Origin: Octopus sinensis
Lineage: Eukaryota
Length of the DNA: 39,715 nt
Assembly: GCF_006345805.1 (NCBI RefSeq)
Contig: NW_021835538.1
Span: 1 to 39,715 of the forward strand
Direction of reading: 5' to 3'
In this document: positions 34,224-39,715 of the stretch, in pieces
Layout of the letters: each line of letters opens with the position of its first letter
Position numbering within the stretch: position 1 is the stretch's first letter
Notes under the pieces: model-generated
The model's database searches: none
The model's input: only the letters and a program-made list of their open reading frames with translations
What the model was told of the DNA's origin: nothing
Position numbers and translations under genes: made by a program

Positions 34224-34450
34224 CATCGGTTTCATATTAAGAGTGGGGAAAATTCCAAGTGTCTTAACAATTTTTCAAGCCGATCACGTGGAGAAAGGTG
34301 TTCGCCTCCATTTTGGAAAACAATCTCCATGAACAAGGAAGATACTTGGATTTCCCCGACTCTTCTTAACATGAAACCAATGTTATACGCCATCCAGTCT
34401 GGGAATCGAACGCATGATCTCGCGGCGTGCAACACCATGACTACTACGTA
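34224..34450 (-). other. tRNA-like head followed by a fold-back with ~37-bp arms
   Basis: B-box GCGTTCGATTCCCAGAC on the minus strand near 34400; arms 34224-34259 and 34345-34382. Confidence 0.5.
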
Positions 34451-34479
34451 CATTATATATGTATATATATATATGTATA

Positions 34480-34537
34480 TATGCATACGTATTAATGTGT
34501 GTGTATGTATATATATGCATACGTATTTATGTGTATG

Positions 34538-34568
<31 letters not shown>

Positions 34569-34885
34569 GCATACGTATTTATGTGTATGTATGTATATAT
34601 ATATATATATATATGCATACGTATTTATGTGTATGTATGTATATATATATATATATATATGCATACGTATTTATGTGTATGTATGTATATATATATATAT
34701 ATATATGCATACGTATTTATGTGTGTGTATATTATATATATATATATATATATGCATACGTATTAATGTGTATGTATGTATATTATATATATATATATGC
34801 ATACGTATTGTGTATGTATATATATATATGCACACGTATTAATGTTTGTGTATATGTTATATATATATATATATATATGCATGTA
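34480..34885 (+). repeat. Variable-length minisatellite GCATACGTATTTATGTGTATGTATGT(AT)n, about 9 units
   Basis: Direct reading. Confidence 0.9.
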
Positions 34886-35910
34886 TTAATGTGTATGTGT
34901 GTGTGTGTATATATATATATATCAATACATTTAATCATATATGCGTAAAAATTTTATGTTCTGATTCCACATATTGCTTGGTGTTCATTATGGTGTGAGA
35001 AATGAATTAACAAATTTTAAAAGTATGCGACCACCCCCCTCGCATCGTCCCCCCCCCTCCACTGATTCTGCGTTTTGAATACTGAAAATTTAAGGAACTG
35101 TAAATTTTTTTTAATGCTATTAACTTTGTATTGGTTAAATATTACCTATATAAACTGTTTATAAATGATATGCGACCCCACCACAAAACAAAAAAAAAAC
35201 AGTTATTGGAATCTTTATTTATATATTTTGTATTCATTTTATTTTTATAAAACAAAGCTTATATTAAGAAAAGCACTTTCAATGTCAAAAAAATGTAAAT
35301 TCTTAATGACTATTATGATATGCAAGAAAAAAAATTATTTACAAACCTCAAACGAAATATATGAACAGTGAAAACCATAAAATAAGCCTTAATAGTATTT
35401 ACTATCTAATTAAATGACCATTGTGTTTTCAAAGTGAGGTAAATTTTGTCGTGATTTCTGTACATTTAATATGAATTTGTACCAATTTTCGTAGCCTGTT
35501 CTGATATCAGAAGCTTTTGTCACTAAATTGACAGCATGTTCGACTCCTTGGCTACGACAGGGAAGAGGCATTGCTATAAATGGTCCTGAACGAGTTTTAA
35601 GAAGATCAAGATTTGTAAAGTTCCGTAAAACTGGAGGGGTTGTTGTTATAACTTCATTTTCCCAGTCAATCAAATCATAATTTTTGTGCTTTAAAATTGA
35701 TTTTGCTTGGCAGTTTGAAATTTCTTAATTCTTCCAGGACCATTCGGGGAAAAGTTCTTGCTTTTTAATACTTCACTGAATTGCTGCTTCCCAAAACTAG
35801 TCTTCTTTCATCATTCAACAGAGTCAGTAAAATAGTCTCCGGATGGGTGGGGTGGGGTGGGGAAAATACGAATTAGTTTTTAACGATTTCTCCATAACTT
35901 CTTTATGATC

Positions 35911-36320
35911 TTACTCTTTTTTTCACTCTTTCACTTGTTTCAGTCAGTTGACTGCGGCCATGCTGGAGCACCGCCTTTAGTCGAGCAAATCGACCCCGGG
36001 ACTTATTCTTTGTAAGCCCAGTACTTATTCTATCGGTCTCTTTTGCCGAACCGCTAAGCGACGGGGACGTAAACACACCAGCATCGGTTGTCAAGCAATG
36101 CTAGGGGGACAAACACATACACACAAACATACACGCAAACATATATATACATACATATATACGACGGGCTTCTTTCAGTTTCCGTCTACCAAATCCACTC
36201 ACAAGGCTTTGGTTGGCCCGATGCTATAAGTAGAAGACACTTGCCCAAGATGCCACGCAGTGAGACTGAACCCGGAACCATGTGGTTGGTAAGCAAGCTA
36301 CTTACCACACAGCCACTCCT
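35911..36320 (-). mobile_element. SINE-A
   Basis: Near full-length reverse copy inside the transposase fossil. Confidence 0.9.
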
Positions 36321-36442
36321 TCGTTCAGATCTTGCATTAGATGCGCCATATACCAAAAATGGTTTGCTCATTCATGTAACTCTGGGTGAGATTTAATCCA
36401 GAACCATCTTGGAGCATAAACTTGCGTTTTGATTTTAACAAG

Positions 36443-36852
36443 AGGAGTGGCTGTGTGGTAAGTAGCTTGCTAACCAACCACATGGTTCCGGGTTCAGTCC
36501 CACTGCGTGGCATCTTGGGCAAGTGTCTTCTGCTATAGCCCCGGGCCGACCAAAGCCTTGTGAGTGGATTTGGTAGACGGAAAATGAAAGAAGCCTGTCG
36601 TATATATGTATATGTATATATATGTATGTGTGTGTGTTTGTGTGTCTGTATCTGTCCACCTAGCATTGCTTGACAACCGATGCTGGTGTGTTACTTAGAT
36701 GTCCCCGTTACTTAGCGGTTCGGCAAAAGAGACCGATAGAATAAGTACTGCGCTTACAAAAGAATAAGTCGCGGGGTCGAGTTGCTCGATTAAAGGCGGT
36801 GCTCCAGCATGGCCGCAGTCAAATGACTGAAACAAGTAAAAGAGTAAAGAGT
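36443..36852 (+). mobile_element. SINE-A
   Basis: Near full-length forward copy, 122 bp from the previous one. Confidence 0.9.
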
Positions 36853-37118
36853 ATTCTTTTGGGGATTTTTTCTCCCCGAAACCTATAAGCGAAAGATTCT
36901 GTTTGCTCGTGTTAACCACCTGACATGACAGATTTTACCAAGATGGATCTTGCTGCTAACTGCTCAGAAACAAACCCTTTCTCAATACCGAGGCACATTT
37001 CTTACAGATATTTATGATCTGAGCTTAAAGAATCAACAACTTCTAATGGCAATTCCTACCTCACTTCAGTTTTTACTGGAAAAAAATGTGATTATCTTTA
37101 AGCTTGTTACGTCTTTAA

Positions 37119-37504
37119 GGAGGCGCAATGGCCCAGTGGTTAGGGCAGCGGACTCGCGGTCGTAGGATCACGGTTTCGATTCCCAGACCGGGCGTTGTGA
37201 GTGTTTATTGAGCGAAAACACCTAAAGATCCACGAGGCTCCGGCAGGGATGGTGGTGATCCCTGCTGTACTCTTTCACCACAACTTTCTCTCACTCTTAC
37301 TTCCTGTTTCTGTTGTACCTGTATTTCAAAGGGCCAGCCTTGTCACACTCTGTGTCACGCTGAATCTCCTCGAGAACTACGTTAAGGGTACACGTGTCTG
37401 TGGAATGCTCAGCCACTTGCACGTTAATTCCACGAGCAAGCTGTTCCGTTGATCGTATCAGCTGGGACCCTCATCGTCGTAACCGACGGAGTGCTCCTAT
37501 ACTA
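37119..37504 (+). mobile_element. SINE-C, full-length with 14-bp TSD
   Basis: TSD TGTTACGTCTTTAA at 37105-37118 and 37505-37518; highly similar to 21990-22374. Confidence 0.9.
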
Positions 37505-38119
37505 TGTTACGTCTTTAATTGTATTACCAATTAAGCCTTTTGGTGTTCGTGGTCCTGTTGTTTTTCCATCTATGGTTTCAAATACGTGTTGAAACGGAAG
37601 CTCATTTGTATGTAGCAGGCACATCAGCCACTGAAGTAGTTTATAATTCAATTATCTTAATTACCCCTCTTAAATGACCAATGTTTATTAGAGTGCCATC
37701 GCATAATACAGCCTTTGAACTTTCTTGACGGTCAGAATCAATTAAAAAAAGTAATAATTTCTTCTGCAATGCAACGAGCTGTTTCCTTATCCGTGCAAAC
37801 GTGATCCAAATACTCATCACCAGGCTCTTTCACGACCACGTAGAGCTCTTCACTTTCCATTCCTCTTGCTCTTTTAGTTTCATGCTTTCTGTTATCAAAA
37901 CCTAAGCAGTTGAGCTTTGTATTTTCTGTTTTCATTTTTATTACATCGTTTGTCTTTTTTTTCTCGGCTATTTTTCTTCTCTTTCAACTTTTTTTCTTAT
38001 CTACCATATTCGTATCATTTAAAATTCCCACATCCCTCAAAGCTGCATCATCAATGGCAGCAGCAGCAGTTTTGCAACTTACCCGATGTCTGTCTGCTGT
38101 GACTGCTAGACTCTCGTAA

Positions 38120-38165
38120 GCCTTGTGAGTGGATTTGGTAGATGGAAACTGAAAGAAGCCCGTCG

Positions 38166-38204
<39 letters not shown>

Positions 38205-38390
38205 CTGAGCTTGTCCTCCCACCATCGCTTGACGACCAATGTTGGTGTGATCACGTCCCCGTCACTTAGTGGTTCGGCAAAAGGGTCCGATAGAATAAGT
38301 ACTAGGCTTACAAAGAATAAGTCCTGGATTCGATTTGCTCAATTAAAAGTGGCGCTCCAGGATGACCGCAGTCAAATGACTGAAACAAAT
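38120..38390 (+). mobile_element. SINE-A-related, head missing
   Basis: AAGCCTTGTGAGTGGATTTGGTAG..GACCGCAGTCAAATGACTGAAAC. Confidence 0.8.
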
Positions 38391-38397
38391 ATCTTGG

Positions 38398-38435
<38 letters not shown>

Positions 38436-38457
38436 TCTTCGTATATATGTGTGTGTG

Positions 38458-38501
<44 letters not shown>

Positions 38502-38516
38502 CAATCTTCGTATATA

Positions 38517-38563
<47 letters not shown>

Positions 38564-38564
38564 G

Positions 38565-38730
38565 GGGGAGAGTTCACGAAAAAACAAAAGACGAAGACAG
38601 GTGGTGTACAAAACAAACAGATGTATTAGTATAACGCTCAGGAATAGAAAAAGTCTTTTACGTTCGAGCCTACGCTCTTCTACAGAAAGGGACACAGAAA
38701 AAAACAAGGAGAGAAAAAAATGTGTGTAGT
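38565..38730 (-). repeat. Possible Penelope-like terminal repeat with degenerate hammerhead-like hairpin
   Basis: Minus strand CTGTAGAA-GAGC-GTAG-GCTC-GAACGTA at about 38658-38685; core is non-canonical. Confidence 0.3.
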
Positions 38731-39099
38731 GGCTAACGATCTATCATTTTTTGTGTATGTGTGGGTGTGTATATATATATAATATATATCCACCTTAACA
38801 TGGATGTATTGTCAGCGTGCTGAATACTGTGTTGTTTATCTTGAGACACCTTCGATCGCTAGTAATTGTGTGTGTGCGTAGGTGTGTGTAATTCCCTGGT
38901 TGTTGTTGTCGTGGATAATGGAGGCGAGCTAAGTCGTTTTACGCCAATCACAGTGGTTCGTTAACAGAAATCGTTAAAATAATTGTTAGACAGAGATAAG
39001 TTCTGTGGTCGATACCATCGAATAAAGAGGCTGCAGGTGGTACTACAGCATGGTCGCGATGCATCGATTGACACCGATAAAAGTTTGTAAGAATAAAAT

Positions 39100-39201
39100 G
39101 TTTTATACACACGTCTGTGTGTGCGTACGTGTGTGTATATATACACACACACATTTATATATATATACACACACACGTATACACGCACACTTGTATTCAC
39201 G

Positions 39202-39240
<39 letters not shown>

Positions 39241-39540
39241 CATACATATATATATATACATACATTCAGACACACAGACACGCTCGGCATACAAACACGT
39301 AATATATATAACACGGCATACAAACACGTAATATATATAACACGCAGAGAGAGAGAGAGAGGGGGTGATAGAAAGAGGGGGAGAGAGATGGGGTGATAGA
39401 GAGAGAGGGAGATAGAGAGAATGAGAGAGATCGAAATAAAGGGAAGACGTTGAACGAGAGAGAGAGAGGAAGAAAGAAAAGAATGAATGATAGAGTAATG
39501 TCGAGACGGAAAGAAAGAAAAGAAAAGCGCTGTGTGTGTA

Positions 39541-39598
<58 letters not shown>

Positions 39599-39715
39599 TA
39601 TATATACACAAATACACACACACACACACATATATATATACAACAAATAGACACACACACACACACATATATATATATACATACAAATACACACACACAC
39701 ACATATATATACAAA
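39100..39715 (+). repeat. (TA)n/(CA)n/(GA)n compound microsatellite field
   Basis: Direct reading. Confidence 0.9.

Larger units (their letters stand above)
35405..38117 (-). mobile_element. Degenerate hAT-like (probably hATm-type) transposase split by three SINEs
   Basis: In order on the minus strand: LAVTADRHRVS, GFDNRK..KEPGDEYLDHV, LCDGTLINIGHLRGVI..QWLMCLLHTNELPFQH, LSSDHKYL..HVRWLTRANRIFRL, VYAPRWFWIK, HPETILL, LIDWE..TPP, PCRSQGVEHAVNLVTKAS. Subfamily assignment is from memory. Confidence 0.75.

Overview
AT-rich, microsatellite-dense eukaryotic DNA. The SINE families look like those of octopus or another coleoid cephalopod; this is recognition from memory, not a database hit. No protein-coding gene, rRNA or true tRNA can be confidently called. 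Nearly all long ORFs in the track are microsatellite or SINE read-throughs. The window is a nested mosaic of mobile DNA. It holds at least three abundant tRNA-derived SINE families (here SINE-A, -B, -C), two R4/Dong-type endonuclease fragments ending in (TAA)n, and a ~550-bp headless element found only in TAA arrays. It also holds CR1/L2-like, RTE, Penelope-like and possibly Gypsy remnants, Tc1, mariner and hAT-like transposase fossils, two non-autonomous Helitron families and two MITEs. The most interesting signal is a tRNA-headed SINE whose 3' part carries a minimal type-I hammerhead ribozyme motif. It occurs three times, and both loci are organised as inverted repeats. A weak candidate spliced transcript lies on the minus strand around 14.6-15.1 kb.
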